In this document: one piece after another, positions 13,060 through 25,778 of the stretch
Layout of the letters: each line of letters opens with the position of its first letter
How positions within the stretch are numbered: the first letter of the stretch is position 1
The notes under the pieces: generated by a model
What the model saw: only the letters and a program-made list of their open reading frames with translations
What the model was told of the DNA's origin: nothing
Database searches by the model: none
DNA from: Eledone cirrhosa
Lineage: Eukaryota
Length of the DNA stretch: 64,000 bases
Direction of reading: 5' to 3'
NCBI GenBank assembly: GCA_964016885.1
Contig: OZ024740.1
Coordinates: 341,806,001-341,870,000 of the forward strand
Translations under genes and position numbers: made by a program

Positions 13060-13330
13060 GCACAGGCTGACTAAGGTATTACTTATTAATACAGGTAAAG
13101 TGAGATAATATTTGTTAATAAAATTAAACTGAGGTACTATTTACTAGTCCAGACAGACAGGTAATATTTGTAAGTATTGACAGATTAAGGAGCTTATTAC
13201 AAGTAAAGGCTGACTGAAGTAGTATTTATTAATGCAGACAGTGGGGTACTGTTTATTAGTACAGACATACTGGAGTACAATTTGTTAATATAGGTTAACT
13301 AGTGTACTATTTGGTATGTTTACCTAGAAC
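13060..13330. repeat. Degenerate units of the 29-bp satellite
   Basis: CAGGCTGACTAAGGTATTACTTATTAATACAGG, CTGAGGTACTATTTACTAGTCCAGAC and similar units at ~29-bp period. Confidence 0.8.
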
Positions 13331-13448
13331 AGATATTTACAAGTTCAAATACTACAAGTTGTTTTCTATTTTTCTGTTTGATACCAAAACTGCTTTCTAA
13401 CATTTTTTCTCAAGCATCTCATGTCAATCTTTGTTTTTCTTTTGTCAG

Positions 13449-14059
13449 ACAATCATTATGCAGAACTTTCAGATGTGGTACCAAATTACATGAAAAATTC
13501 CCCCAAAGCAGCAAATTTTGAAAAAGTAGAAGACAAAACAATTGATGATGATCCACCTGATTCTCTTGCTAAAATCAGTCCTCTTACCAAACGTTGGTCA
13601 TGGTTTAATGATGAGCCTGAGAAAGATAGTAAAAATACAACACAATTTAAGTTCCAAGACGGTGTCTCTAATAGAGCTTATGATGCTGGTGATTATATGG
13701 TGCCTGTCAGTGAATGGTCTGGAGATGAGAAAGAAGCAGATGAGAAAGAAGTTGATGAGAAAGAAGTTGATGAAGAGGAAGACGTTGACTATGTGTATGA
13801 GAGCCAGCCACAGTATCTTGAACTTGATGATGCAGGCAACAGGACAAAGGTCCCAACTGAAATAAAGCCAACACTTCCCAAATTAGATGATGACATGCCA
13901 CCAGCATCACCACCTGCTCTACCACCGCCACCCCCACATGAACTCAGACCCCTTCAACCATCACCTGTAGCCCGGCCAAGATCAAGATCACCAGCCCAAT
14001 CTGCAATGTTATCACAAAGAAAACTTCCTCCTCTGCCAACACGACGTAAACGTCATTGA
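13449..14059 (+). CDS. Gene 1 terminal exon: acidic, Tyr-motif- and Pro-rich cytoplasmic tail
   Basis: TTTTTCTTTTGTCAG acceptor at 13447-13448; phase 1 joins G+AC=Asp in the frame of ORF 13421-14059; ends [14 protein letters not shown]; includes 15-bp coding repeat [20 protein letters not shown] at 13724-13783. Confidence 0.85.
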
Positions 14060-14089
14060 TACTAATCTGTCTCTGTTTAGTTATATAAT

Positions 14090-14430
<341 letters not shown>

Positions 14431-14693
14431 GACAAAACACAATGGAGTTGACAAATGACAATTGATTAGAATCCTTACAATTGTTTCTGTGCATAAAATC
14501 CCTGTGTATTTTTATATTCAGGAAACCTCCTTAGAGATCTTGTATATTTTACCACTTTGGAGATTTCCTGTAGAATATTCCTACAACAAACATAAACAGC
14601 TTGTTTTACATCCATGCACTGAGTGGATTCATATACACTTCATCAAAAGAAAAATTTCTCACAAATTCATCTATTCATGGCAAATACCTTTGG

Positions 14694-14759
<66 letters not shown>

Positions 14760-14766
14760 CGTACGC

Positions 14767-14803
<37 letters not shown>

Positions 14804-15364
14804 CATTTATGTTTAGTGGTTCACCACTGGATAGAACTGGTCATTCCGTTTGGTTAACCATGAAGTAATATTATGAAAAGCTCTCTACGTTATGCAACTC
14901 ATCCCTCATTGATGTTGAATACTGTGGTTGGTGCAAGAACAAAGTTAAATATTGAATTGATTAAAATAAGAGGAGGCTGGACTGGTGATATTCCTTTAAA
15001 GTTTTATTGTTGCAAAAACACTATATACATTTCAATGGCCTGGTTATGTAAGATTCTGGCGATGTCATCAGGTGCCGATTGAATAATTAGTAGATCAATA
15101 AAGGAAATACAGCATACATAAACAGAGAAAATATAGAAAAAATATTTGATTCGGAGATGGCCTGTGGCCTAGGTATTATTGTTGCCGCAGACCATCCCTG
15201 AATTTTAATCAAACATATATATATATATATATATATATTTGTAGTAAGGTTGCTTGGATGTGTCCATAGGCGGTATGCTGGTTGAGCACTCTATGCTGCT
15301 TCGGAGCAGAGTATAATAATATGGAAAACGAAGAAGCAGTGATGCATCGGAACACAAATTTATT

Positions 15365-15457
15365 ACGTATTACAATTGTTTCTCCGGCGAACAGCTCGAG
15401 GTGCGATCTGTTTGTGGATCGAACCTGACTCTGGATTCGCAAGTTCCTCAGATACGT
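15365..15457 (-). ncRNA. Type I hammerhead ribozyme motif (Penelope/retrozyme style)
   Basis: Minus strand: ACGTAT-CTGAGGA-[long stem II with GCGAA/TTCGC, AGGT/ACCT, CGATC/GATCG]-GAAA-CAATTG-TA-ATACGT; 6-bp stem I, canonical core, palindromic stem III. Confidence 0.75.
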
Positions 15458-15484
15458 CTAGTGATTTCGAAGCAAATCCTCTTT

Positions 15485-15575
<91 letters not shown>

Positions 15576-15608
15576 CATACATTACATACATTACATACAT
15601 ACATATAT

Positions 15609-15661
<53 letters not shown>

Positions 15662-16037
15662 TTCATACACACACACATATATATATATATACACACACAT
15701 ACATATAAGCTGCATACATCAACGAGAAGACAAAGAAAATACAACTACAATGTACCACACATGAATCAACTGCAAAATTATTTACTTACTTGCTTTAAAT
15801 TTCTAGAGATTTTTTTCTCCAGAAATATCTTTAAATTAAAAATAATATATGTATCTATTTACCTTAATATGAATAACAATTTAAATATTTTAAAAATATA
15901 TATGAAGTGTGATACAAATGTATTGTGAAACCTGTTGTGTGAAAAAGAAAAGGTGGGATGGAAACTGTATTATAACTATATATTGGCGTGTGTGCATATA
16001 TATATGTATATATATATATATATGTATGTATTATTAC

Positions 16038-16097
<60 letters not shown>

Positions 16098-16313
16098 CCC
16101 AAGTAAAAAAATGTTGGTTGATCAATTAATCGACAAACAGACGTAAGCATGCCATGATATAGGTACCTTAAGGTATTACCTATAAGGTATCATAAAGAAG
16201 AGGGACAGTTTTATAATCTTGTTATACACACCTCAAAGACACAATAATCATTTGATGTGTTGTTATGAGACAGGTATTAAGGTGTAAAAAAATATTAGAT
16301 ATACACCTTAATA

Positions 16314-16384
16314 CCTGTCTGATGACAAAATATCAAATGATTATTATGCAATCGCTTTGATGTCTTCGAAATGTGCATAACAGG
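16314..16384 (+). ncRNA. Type I hammerhead ribozyme motif inside a fold-back repeat
   Basis: CCTGT-CTGATGA-[imperfect stem II ATCAAA..GATT/AATC..TTTGAT]-GAAA-TGTGCA-TA-ACAGG; 5-bp stem I, near-palindromic stem III. Confidence 0.7.
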
Positions 16385-16430
16385 ATTATATAATAAACAG
16401 AGGATGCATACATAAAACTATCTCTCTTCT

Positions 16431-16489
<59 letters not shown>

Positions 16490-19381
16490 ATGTATGTGTA
16501 TGTGTGTGTTCATTTGTATGCATATATATATACATGCGCACACACTCACATACACATGTATACACACTTACATACATACACAGACAGATACATGCACACA
16601 CGCACACACATTTTTGACTTTAAGAAAAATTCTTGTAACTTTGTAAATGATGTTATTCTACGATTTATGAATCCAGTAACATATAATGATATACCTGTGT
16701 AAACATTTGATTTGTTAAATGAGAATATGCATACATATTTTTTATACATCTTGTCTATGTATATATGTACTATATATGCTTGGAAGAATTACTTTGGCAA
16801 ATGTACAATTAGAATGTAATATTTTGTATATTTTTCAGTTAAGTATGAAGGAACTATTGAAATATTTGACATATAGCTACTAGTTGCAGAACGTAGATTG
16901 TTTAGTTAAGTCTGTTCGCTTGTTTTAGTAAGTACTACTAGTAGCACTAATATATGATAAGCATATGTGTAAGCAGGGTTGGACTTAAGCTAATTAGACC
17001 CAAAGGCACCTAATGCTGGAGTTATCTACACTTGGCTCATCAAGTACACACAACAATACATTACAATATATATGTATTAATCAATAGGATTCCTCAACTC
17101 CTAAGTCCAGCCCTGCAATAGTAGATATTGTACTCATCATTGCAATCAAGGTAGTGGTATACTTAGTTCAGAATATTTTAAACTCTATATGTCAAATCTG
17201 AAGTGTAAATATTAACTGAAGCTTGAGATAAATCACATTTTAACAAGTAATTAAAGGTTCACTGTTATTAACCTGGACTTGATTAAAATGTTGAGATACT
17301 GACAATATAATGCTATATAAAGATCCTTAATGAATATATATATTTCTACATCTGTTGCATCAAATAGGGAATCAGGCAGGTCTTCGGTCTAGTTATGTAA
17401 AATTAAGATAGTAGCTATTCTTATAGAAAATCATTGAATTTGTGCATGATGTTTAGTTTGGAATATTTTCTCATATCACATATTACATAGGGCCATGGTA
17501 AACTGTTGATATCAGTCCTCCAAAAATAAACATATTTGAAATAAAACTGTTGTTGGTAATTTTTTAATATATGTAAATGTGGTTGGCATTAAGAAGGGCA
17601 TGCAACAGTAGAAACCAAGCCAGAAACAGTATGAGTATCACATGGTCACCTGATCTGATTTGTCTCACAATGGGACAACTCTTCTAACCCATGCTAGTAT
17701 GGAAAGTGGACGTTAAACAGTGATGATGATGATTGCAATAGTAATGAAGACATGTTTGATAAAAATGTACTGGATATCAAACTCTATAGATTTAACATAT
17801 TGACTTGCACTTGTCTATGAAATACAAGATATATAAATAAATGGACCCATAACCGTAATGATGTAGTGTTGCTGTGAAATCAGGTATCTGAGAGCCTTAT
17901 TGATAACTTGGAAGATGGATCAAACCAATGGGTTTTCGTTGTTATTTAACAATTCACCAAGATTAACTTCCTCCCAAACTGTTGAAGATGGGAGTGGAAA
18001 GCTACTTATTAATATACAAACATGTGTGTACCACACCATTGTAGTGTATTGGCTTATAAAACCAATTGTGACATCAGGCCAGTGTGCTATATAGACTATA
18101 GCTGGGGTAGGTCATTTTTTGCGACTGGCCTGGTTCTGTTTGACCATTTGAAATTGTGAAACATTTCAGGTAGCCCAAAGGAGCTTGAAAGAACTGAAGA
18201 AATGATATCTTCTTATGTATTTAGGAAATGAGGTAAGCCTGTACATATTTTCAATTACAAGCACTAACTCATTTGTATAATGGTACAATGTTGGTGGCAT
18301 GTAAACACAGATTGCGTAGGACTTACCTCGCCCTCAAACCCCATAATGACCCGGGGGGGGGGGGGGGGGGGGTAGACTAGGGCTATAACACCCCACTTGT
18401 CGATTTTGTAATGGGTAACCCCTGCTTGCAAAGGTAGACGTAAGATCTTCTTTTATATCTTTTTATCGCTTCCTCTATATTTCCTTCCTCCCCCATCCCT
18501 CCCTAGTCCTTCCACCCCAATCCTCTTTGTTTGTCGTCGTCCTTTTCACTTTCTCGCCCACCCGAGGCAGCCCCTCGGTCCTTTGTAGCCTCAGTACCCC
18601 CACCCCCTTCCACTATTCTATGATAGAAATGGCCGACTCCGCTTTTTATAGCAGATGTGTTAGACGCCGGATACTTGCCTTCTTATCCGATGGCTGCCTC
18701 TTTTCCGTGCTTTCTATATTTCTTAGTGGTATCTTTGCTTTAATTTCTGGAGGGGGGGGGGGATTCTGAATTAATTTTCCGTATCAAATTTCTCACATAC
18801 TTCGTACGAGCATTTATGTAGTTTGCACTAGAATTTTTGTATCGTGGCGGCACCCTTAGAGATAGTATTAGTATTCCTTTTCGGGATTCTGAATTATTAT
18901 TTCGTATTAGTTTTTTTTTTGCACTGGGTGGTTGCTAGCCTTGTGCCTGGGGTAGAAACCTTTATTTCGTACTGGTCTCGGGACTCTGAATTATTATTTT
19001 GTGGTAGTTTCTTTAGTATTTTGTCCCCCCACTTGTTGACCCGTCACCGTAAGATATACTCGGTTGATTACTTATACCTCTTAAAAGGGTCTCATTATAA
19101 TTCCGTCCCACCTAGTAAACCTTTCTTTAGTCTAGCAGTACCAGTGAGAGACTTGATAGCTGTCCTTAGGTTATAGTAACCAGAAATTGTTTTTTCTTTT
19201 TACATTTAATTGTTTTTTAACATTCTCGCACGACTGGGTTTCCTCCACCCCCTCTCCCTCTTTCTTCTACTGGCAGGTTCAGCTGCCCCTCCCTCCACAA
19301 ATTGCCATGATAGAATTATGTGTCTCAACAACAAACTTTTGACCAATCCTTGTGACAATCACTTTTACCATATATGGAATT

Positions 19382-19479
19382 ACCCCCTGAGAAGCTCGGC
19401 TATTCATATATACCAGGATAAAAATTTTCATTTAGTCCAGAATTAGCTGTCGAAACGGCTTGAGCTCAGCCGTCGGGGT
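19382..19479 (+). ncRNA. Degenerate type I hammerhead motif
   Basis: ACCCC-CTGAGAA-[GGCTA.../...TAGCT]-GAA-ACGGCT-TGAGCTC-AGCCGT-C-GGGGT; perfect stems I and III and GUC site, but the core deviates from CUGANGA. Confidence 0.6.
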
Positions 19480-19491
19480 CCTACTCGTTCC

Positions 19492-19522
<31 letters not shown>

Positions 19523-19532
19523 TTATATATCT

Positions 19533-22500
19533 ATCATCATCATCGTTTAACGTCCACCTTCCACACTTGCATGGGTTTGGACGGGAGTTTTCCCACTTGA
19601 GGCAAGAGTGGTTGTCTTGCTCGCATAGGACTGTCTGGCAGGTTTTCTACGGCTGGATGCCCTTCCTAACACCAACCACGTTTACAGTGTGGACTGGGAG
19701 GTTTTTACCGTGTTACCTACACGGCCACATTACAGCATGGACTGTGTGTTTTTTTGTCGTGACAACTACACGATCTCATTTGCTTCGGACTGGATGTTGT
19801 GGTACCATCATAACTTTACATTGAAAGGGGTGGTGTGGATGGAGTGGGGGTAGTGGGAAGGGGGTGTATTTTATTAGAAGTGCCTACTAAGTAGGTTTCA
19901 CTTTGTATTTAGGTAAGGCAGGTCTTCTGTATTACTGTGTAGTGCCAAAGATCTTGGTCCAGTGACATTGTCTTGGAGAGGTGTAAGTGTGTGAGGTCGG
20001 AATTTATCAAGTCGTCCCAGGTTTTTCTGAGTCTGCCTACTCCGTGGCTACCGTCTATTTGTATTGCCCTGCACTTTTTTATGCAGCTGTTGTCTTTCTT
20101 GCGCATCACGTGACCATACCAACGTAGTCTTCTCTCGAGTAAACAACATCTGATCCCTCTTATTTCTAATTTTTCACTTAGTTCGTTAATGCTTTGCCGT
20201 TCACGTATATTACTATTACACATCCAGCGGAGCATGCAAGCTTCGTTCCTCTCCAGTCTGCGTATATCCTCTGCACACAATGCCCAGGTCTCACTGCTAT
20301 GTAACATTGCTGTTCGTATGCAGGCATCATACAGCCTGCTTTTCATTTTTAGGGAGAACCCTTTAGTGGCTAATAGTGGTATAAGCTCTCTGAACTTTTT
20401 CCATCCAGTTCTGACTCTAGCTACTGTACTTTCAGAGCACCCTCCACCACTGCTGATTTTGTTACCCAGGTAACGGAAGCTGTCCACTATTTCTATAGAA
20501 CCATCTGTGCAATGGAATGAGCTAGTATTCTGTGAGCACTTGCTGCTACTTATTGCACCAGAGCACCGGCCACATATAAAATCTATGTTCTTAGTTAGCT
20601 TACCTGTGATCCCACTACATCTTTTATGCACCCATACTTTGTATTTGGGACATAAAATGGAGTTTCTACCTACTCCTTTCCTACACACTGAGCATGGCCA
20701 TTTCCAGGATGGGACCGGTGCCCTATTTTCCTTCCTACAAACTAGAACTTTAGTCTTAGACAGGTTAATTTTAAGGCCTTTTGATTCTAGGCCATGCTTC
20801 CATGTTTGGAATTTCCTCTCTAGTTCGGCCATTGATTCAGCTGTGAGCGTTAGATCATCTGCGTATAGGAGTTCCCATGGGCAGCCAGTCTTGAACTCCA
20901 CTGTTATAGCCTGAAGGGCAATAATAAATAGTAGGGGGCTAAGAACGGAGCTCTGATGAACACCAACTTTTACGCTAAACTCTTCACTATATTCGTTGTT
21001 AATTCTAACCTTGCTGACTGTTTCTTTATACATGGCTTGTATAGCTCTCACAAGCCATTCATCAACACCTAGTTTTCTAAGAGCCCACCAGATAATGGAA
21101 CGGGGGACTCTCACGAAGGCTTTCTCCAAGTCGACAAAAGCTAAGTATAGGGGTTTACTTTTAGCTAGGTACTTCTCCTGTAGTTGTCGTACAATGAAAA
21201 GAGCGTCTGTGGTACTTTTACCTGACACAAACCCGAACTGCATTTCATCTAGATCAATTCTCTCTCTAATTAGTTGCGCTATTACTTTTTCTGTGACCTT
21301 CATGACCTAGTCGATTAATTTAATGTCTCTATAGTTACTCCTATCTAGGGCATCTCCTTTACCCTTGTAGCAGTTAATGATGATGCTGCTACGCCAGTCC
21401 TTTGGAACAACCCCATTCTGTATGACTTGGTTTACTATCCGGGTGACCATGGTGTGTCCCACCGTTCCAGAAGCTTTCAGCATTTCAGCAACTATTTCCG
21501 AAGGCCCAGTCGCCTTACCCGTCTTCATATCTTTGATTGCCTTACTTATTATACTACCTTCGACTAACACTGCTGGTCCCTCTATTGGATCGATGTCTTT
21601 CTCCCATTTATTCCCCTCATTTAGTAGTCTTTCGTAGTGACACTTCCAAGCTACCTGCTTATCAGTGTCAGTGATGGCAAGTACACCATCATCATTAAGG
21701 ACACTCTTCTCCCCGACAATTTCACGGTTTTCCTTGACACATTGCCTAGCAATCCTGAACACCTCACGTTTTTGGTCCTCGCGTTGTAGAACATGCTTGA
21801 ACTTTCTTTCCTCTGCTTCCCTTCTTGCGAAGTACACTTGTCTCCTAGCTTCCCTCCTGGCCACTTGATAGTCTTCTCTATTTCCCCCATCCCGCCATAC
21901 TTTCCAAGCCTGCTTTTTGGCCTTAATTGACTCCTCCACCACATTACTCTCCTCCTGCCTATAGGCCTGCTCCAGCCACAGACTTCGTCTGCCGCCATCA
22001 GGAGGTTTGCTTTCAGAAATTCCCACTGTTCCTCTATATTGTACGACTCTAAATGCTCTTCCTTACTGTCAAAAGCATCAAGTAATATGCTTTTAAATTT
22101 ATTACTGGCTGTGGGGTCCTTCAGCTTCCATATTTTTCTCCTGAGGATAGTCCTCTTCTGTTGTCGAGTACGTCTCGTCCTGACTATGAGGTCGCTAATT
22201 ATCAGTCTTTGTTGGGAGGTGCATTCTTCATGGGGAAGGGATTTAGTGTTTACAACAGACACTCTGTCACGTCTTCTGGTAAGGATATAATCTACCTGGC
22301 TGGTATGTTCCCCTGATCTGTAGGTGATCAAGTGATTGTCTCGTTTTTTGAAGTTAGTGTTACAGATAGTTAGGTTATTTGCATCACAGAATTCCAGGAT
22401 TCTGGAGCCTTCCTCATTTCTAGTACCAAACCCATAGCCTCCGTGGATTCCGTCATAGGCGTCACAATGTTGTCCAACGTGATCATTTAGGTCGCCAGCA

Positions 22501-22862
22501 ATAATTATATAGTCACTGCCGGTTATTTGGGAGGTAGTGAGCATCAGTGTCTCATAGAATCTGTCTTTTATAGCGCCAGGCAGTCTGGATTGGGGTGCGT
22601 AAGCAGATATTACTGTCACAGTAGTTCTATTTAGAACAAGTCTTATTTTAATTATTCTGTCATTCACTCTATTTACGTCTATTATCTTATCCACCCATTT
22701 TTCTGCTAACATGATTCCTACCCCACCCAGCCCATTGTCATTTCCCACCCAGAAAAGCTTATAGCATCGTTTTTTACCCACAATGAATCTAGCAGACCCG
22801 CCCCTCCACCTGGTCTCTTGGATACAGCAAACATTAACCTCCTTACGTTCAAGCATTTCTAA
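19533..22862 (-). mobile_element. Near-full-length RTE-clade LINE (APE endonuclease + RT + PHD finger), inactivated
   Basis: ORF 21651-22937 has CIQETRW, SAYAPQ, AGDLN and QVDYIL endonuclease motifs; 21307-22026 is the linker; 19909-21303 is RT with YADD; one frameshift and one TAG stop; (ATG)n tail beside (TA)n. Confidence 0.96.
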
Positions 22863-23389
22863 TAACAGACATAAATTGAAGTTGTAGCTGCAGTGTAGCA
22901 GATACCAATCTAATTGTTTGAGGCAGTCACAAAGCACTCGATGGTGTGAAAAGTTAATATGTTTTCATCCAGAGTAAACACAAAAAGTTAATTAAGTGTG
23001 AGACCAATAATACCACAAAATATATATAGTTCATAGAAATATATATATATATAATTCATAGAAAATATAGATCATACATAGTTAATAAAAAATATAGACC
23101 ATATGTCACAGACAATGTAGTAGATAATTGCAATTTGTAAGATAGCGCTGAATTATTTCCATTAGAACATTAAGACCATCATTCCATACTTAATAGCTTC
23201 AAATTGAATAAAGAGATCAAATTTCTTTTTGCAGATTGACAGCAATGAGCTTATCAATGCAGAACTAATATTGCAGAGATTATTTTAACAATTTATTGTT
23301 TGTACATACAGTCAGGATAAAAGATAAAATAACTGAAAAAGCTGAAAGAGTAATTTTTCGAAGGGTTTTATCATATTTGGCTAACATCA

Positions 23390-23495
23390 TTAAAGTGACA
23401 GGATGATCCAATTGGATGAAATCACTAAGATAAGAAGTAGGAGAGATATTTCTACATGTGATCCAGCTGCTATACGGCACTGTAAAAGATCTAAT
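23390..23495 (-). CDS. Gene 2 terminal exon: GPI-signal-like hydrophobic C-terminus
   Basis: TTTTTATTTCAG acceptor, phase 2; RLDLLQCRIAAGSHVEISLLLLILVISSNWIILSL-TAA (a different frame from listed ORF 23280-23510). The eight exons sum to 2463 nt = 820 aa + stop. Confidence 0.85.
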
Positions 23496-23613
23496 CTGAA
23501 ATAAAAACAATAATTTTGACTATTTATATCCATACTGAAGTTTTACAAAACATTAAAAGGGGAAGTTTACATACATTTCATTCACAATTTTAAACACTGT
23601 CTATATAGGAATG

Positions 23614-23877
23614 TAACCCTTTAGCATTTAAACTGGCCATATCCAGTCAGAATTCTCTCACCTCTCTGTTCAAACCAGCTACAACTGACTGCTTATACTG
23701 ATATTAAGGTATTGTTCTAACCCATGCTAGCGTGGAAGATAGACGTTAAACAATGATGATGATGATGATGTTCTCAAAATAAACAATATAAAAATCTCAT
23801 AGATTCGGAATTATGTAAGCCTTTATCATGAAAATATAATAGTAAATATAGAGTAATGTAAATGCTAAAGGGCTAAA
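23614..23877. mobile_element. piggyBac-type MITE interrupted by a ~50-bp RTE 3' end
   Basis: CCCTTTAGCATTTA...TAAATGCTAAAGGG termini; insert 23719-23770 flanked by a TGTTCT duplication. Confidence 0.8.
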
Positions 23878-24765
23878 TTCAACATGATTCTTTGTACTTT
23901 AATATTATCATAATAATTAACAAATATCAGTCTAAAATATGATAAGGTTGCAAAGTTATAAAACTGTTTAATTAACTATGACTCAATCAATCCCAGTTCT
24001 CAGGCCTTTATGTAGTTCTCTGGGCCATACCAGAGTTTATGACAGACAAAGATTTTCCAAATATAGAAGCAAGGTCTAGAACCCTGAGGTCTAAAAGTAA
24101 ACCTAGTAGAGTCAGTAAGAAAGACTTATAAAACTCTACTGTAATCTGGAAAATGGCAGAGGCTCAATATACATACAAATTATTGGTGTGGACTTTACAC
24201 TTTGTACCCAATGTAAACTATGAGTACCTTAAGAAGGTGCATGTGTGTGTGTGGGGTGGGGGTCACAGTCAAGCTGGCAAAGAAGAAAGACTATGTAGCA
24301 GATACTCAAATGTATTTAGTAATAAGAGCAACAACAACTGCAACAGCAACAACAGCAATAGAACCCATCAATAGTTGTCTGGAATATTACTTTGGTTATC
24401 AATGTATGTATGTCTAACAACATAGAAGCATTAATTTACCACTTACTACATATTGACAGCAAATTAACAGTGTTGTTTGACTGTAATATAAAATATCTTG
24501 CAGTATTTGTTCTGGCTATCTGTGCTTCAAGCTCAAATCCTGCTGAGGTCAACATTGCCTTTCATCCAAAGTAGTATTCCTAATCTGTCAATTAGTTTAA
24601 CATCACAGGTTAGCTCTTGGGCACTTTTAGCAGACTCTACTCTGTTGCAAGCATTTATACCAGGTCTCCAGTTTGAGGATACCTCATTCTTTTCCACCAG
24701 TCTCAAAGGCTCTGACTAAATAGTTAAAAAGAAAAATCATGCAAGATATTTTATTTATAACTTAC

Positions 24766-24920
24766 CTGTTAGGTTCACCTTGCTTTTTCTTTAACCATTC
24801 TAATTCCAGACTGACACCTTCAAACCAAGATTGTTCATCTTCAAAGGGATATTCATAACCTTGTTTACACTTACAGGCATAATTACCAAGACTGAACCCA
24901 AACCCTCTCAGTGGGGAACA
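24766..24920 (-). CDS. Gene 2 exon 7 (EGF-like domain 2); not in the ORF track
   Basis: CCCCTTACAG acceptor, AG|GTAAGT donor, phase 0 to 2; CSPLRGFGFSLGNYACKCKQGYEYPFEDEQSWFEGVSLELEWLKKKQGEPN. Confidence 0.9.
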
Positions 24921-25067
24921 CTGTAAGGGGAAGAAATATTACAAGCATTTCTTATCTAATGACAGTCAACTATAACACTTATCTCATAATGTCAGACATT
25001 GTACAACATATTTTGGTGTATATGTGGTAGTGTGCATTAAGAAATCTAATTAGCAGATACAGTAAGG

Positions 25068-25220
25068 CAGTGATTCCCAACATGGGGTCTGTGGACTTTC
25101 GCAGGGTCTGCAAAAGGAAGTATTGAGAATCAGTTAGCTTCCTGAGTTGACAGACCTTTCATGGGAAAATCCACTTAAATAAACAGTGTCCTTGGTTGTG
25201 AAAAAGTTGAGAATCATTGC
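25068..25220. mobile_element. hAT-Charlie-like MITE
   Basis: CAGTGATTCCCAAC...GTTGAGAATCATTG inverted termini. Confidence 0.6.
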
Positions 25221-25778
25221 ATTAAAGCATCAGATAAAATGTCTTGTGGTCTTTATACTCTTACATTCCAAGCTCAAACCTTGCCAAAGTCAATTTTAGT
25301 TTTCATCCTTCCAGAGACAATAAATATAGGAACAGTTTGTAGCGGTGGAGTAATGGAATCATTAGTACATTGAACAGGGTTTTTTGTGGCATTTTGTCTG
25401 GCTCATTGTATCCTGAGTTCAAATACTGTTGGGTTCTATTTGAGTAGTAAACTTAATTTTTCAGCAAGTTTACCACCAATACATGGCTCTTGGGTGCTTT
25501 TAGGGGAGTCCTCTTGGCTGCAAACATTTGGGTCAGATCTCCAGTTTGAAGATACCTTCCCCCTCCTCCTCTCTCTCCCACTAGTCATAAAAGCCCTGCA
25601 AAGGATCATAGGTGCTGCTCTTCCTCTTGACTCAGCAATGCTCATGTCTAAATATATAGTACATAAAGTTAATAGATGTTTAAAATAACCACTTTCTATG
25701 TAATGGCCATTTTACTTACATATTCTTTGTTTGGAATTAAGATCTGTTTAAGAAATATGTTGGCTTCTTTTAGTTAAT

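Noticed and set aside
18527-19446. Hydrophobic ORFs as the missing 7TM of gene 2
   Set aside because: They are on the opposite strand, reflect T-rich low complexity, and lack class C GPCR motifs.
23280-23510. Listed ORF as last exon of gene 2
   Set aside because: Splice phase from exon 7 selects a different frame ending at 23390 with a GPI-like tail.
24590-25640. Repeated segment GACTCTTGG...GCAGAGTCC...CCAGTTTGAGGATACC (also 58160-58330) as a conserved regulatory element
   Set aside because: Dispersed and diverged, most simply an old LINE fragment; family not assignable by eye.
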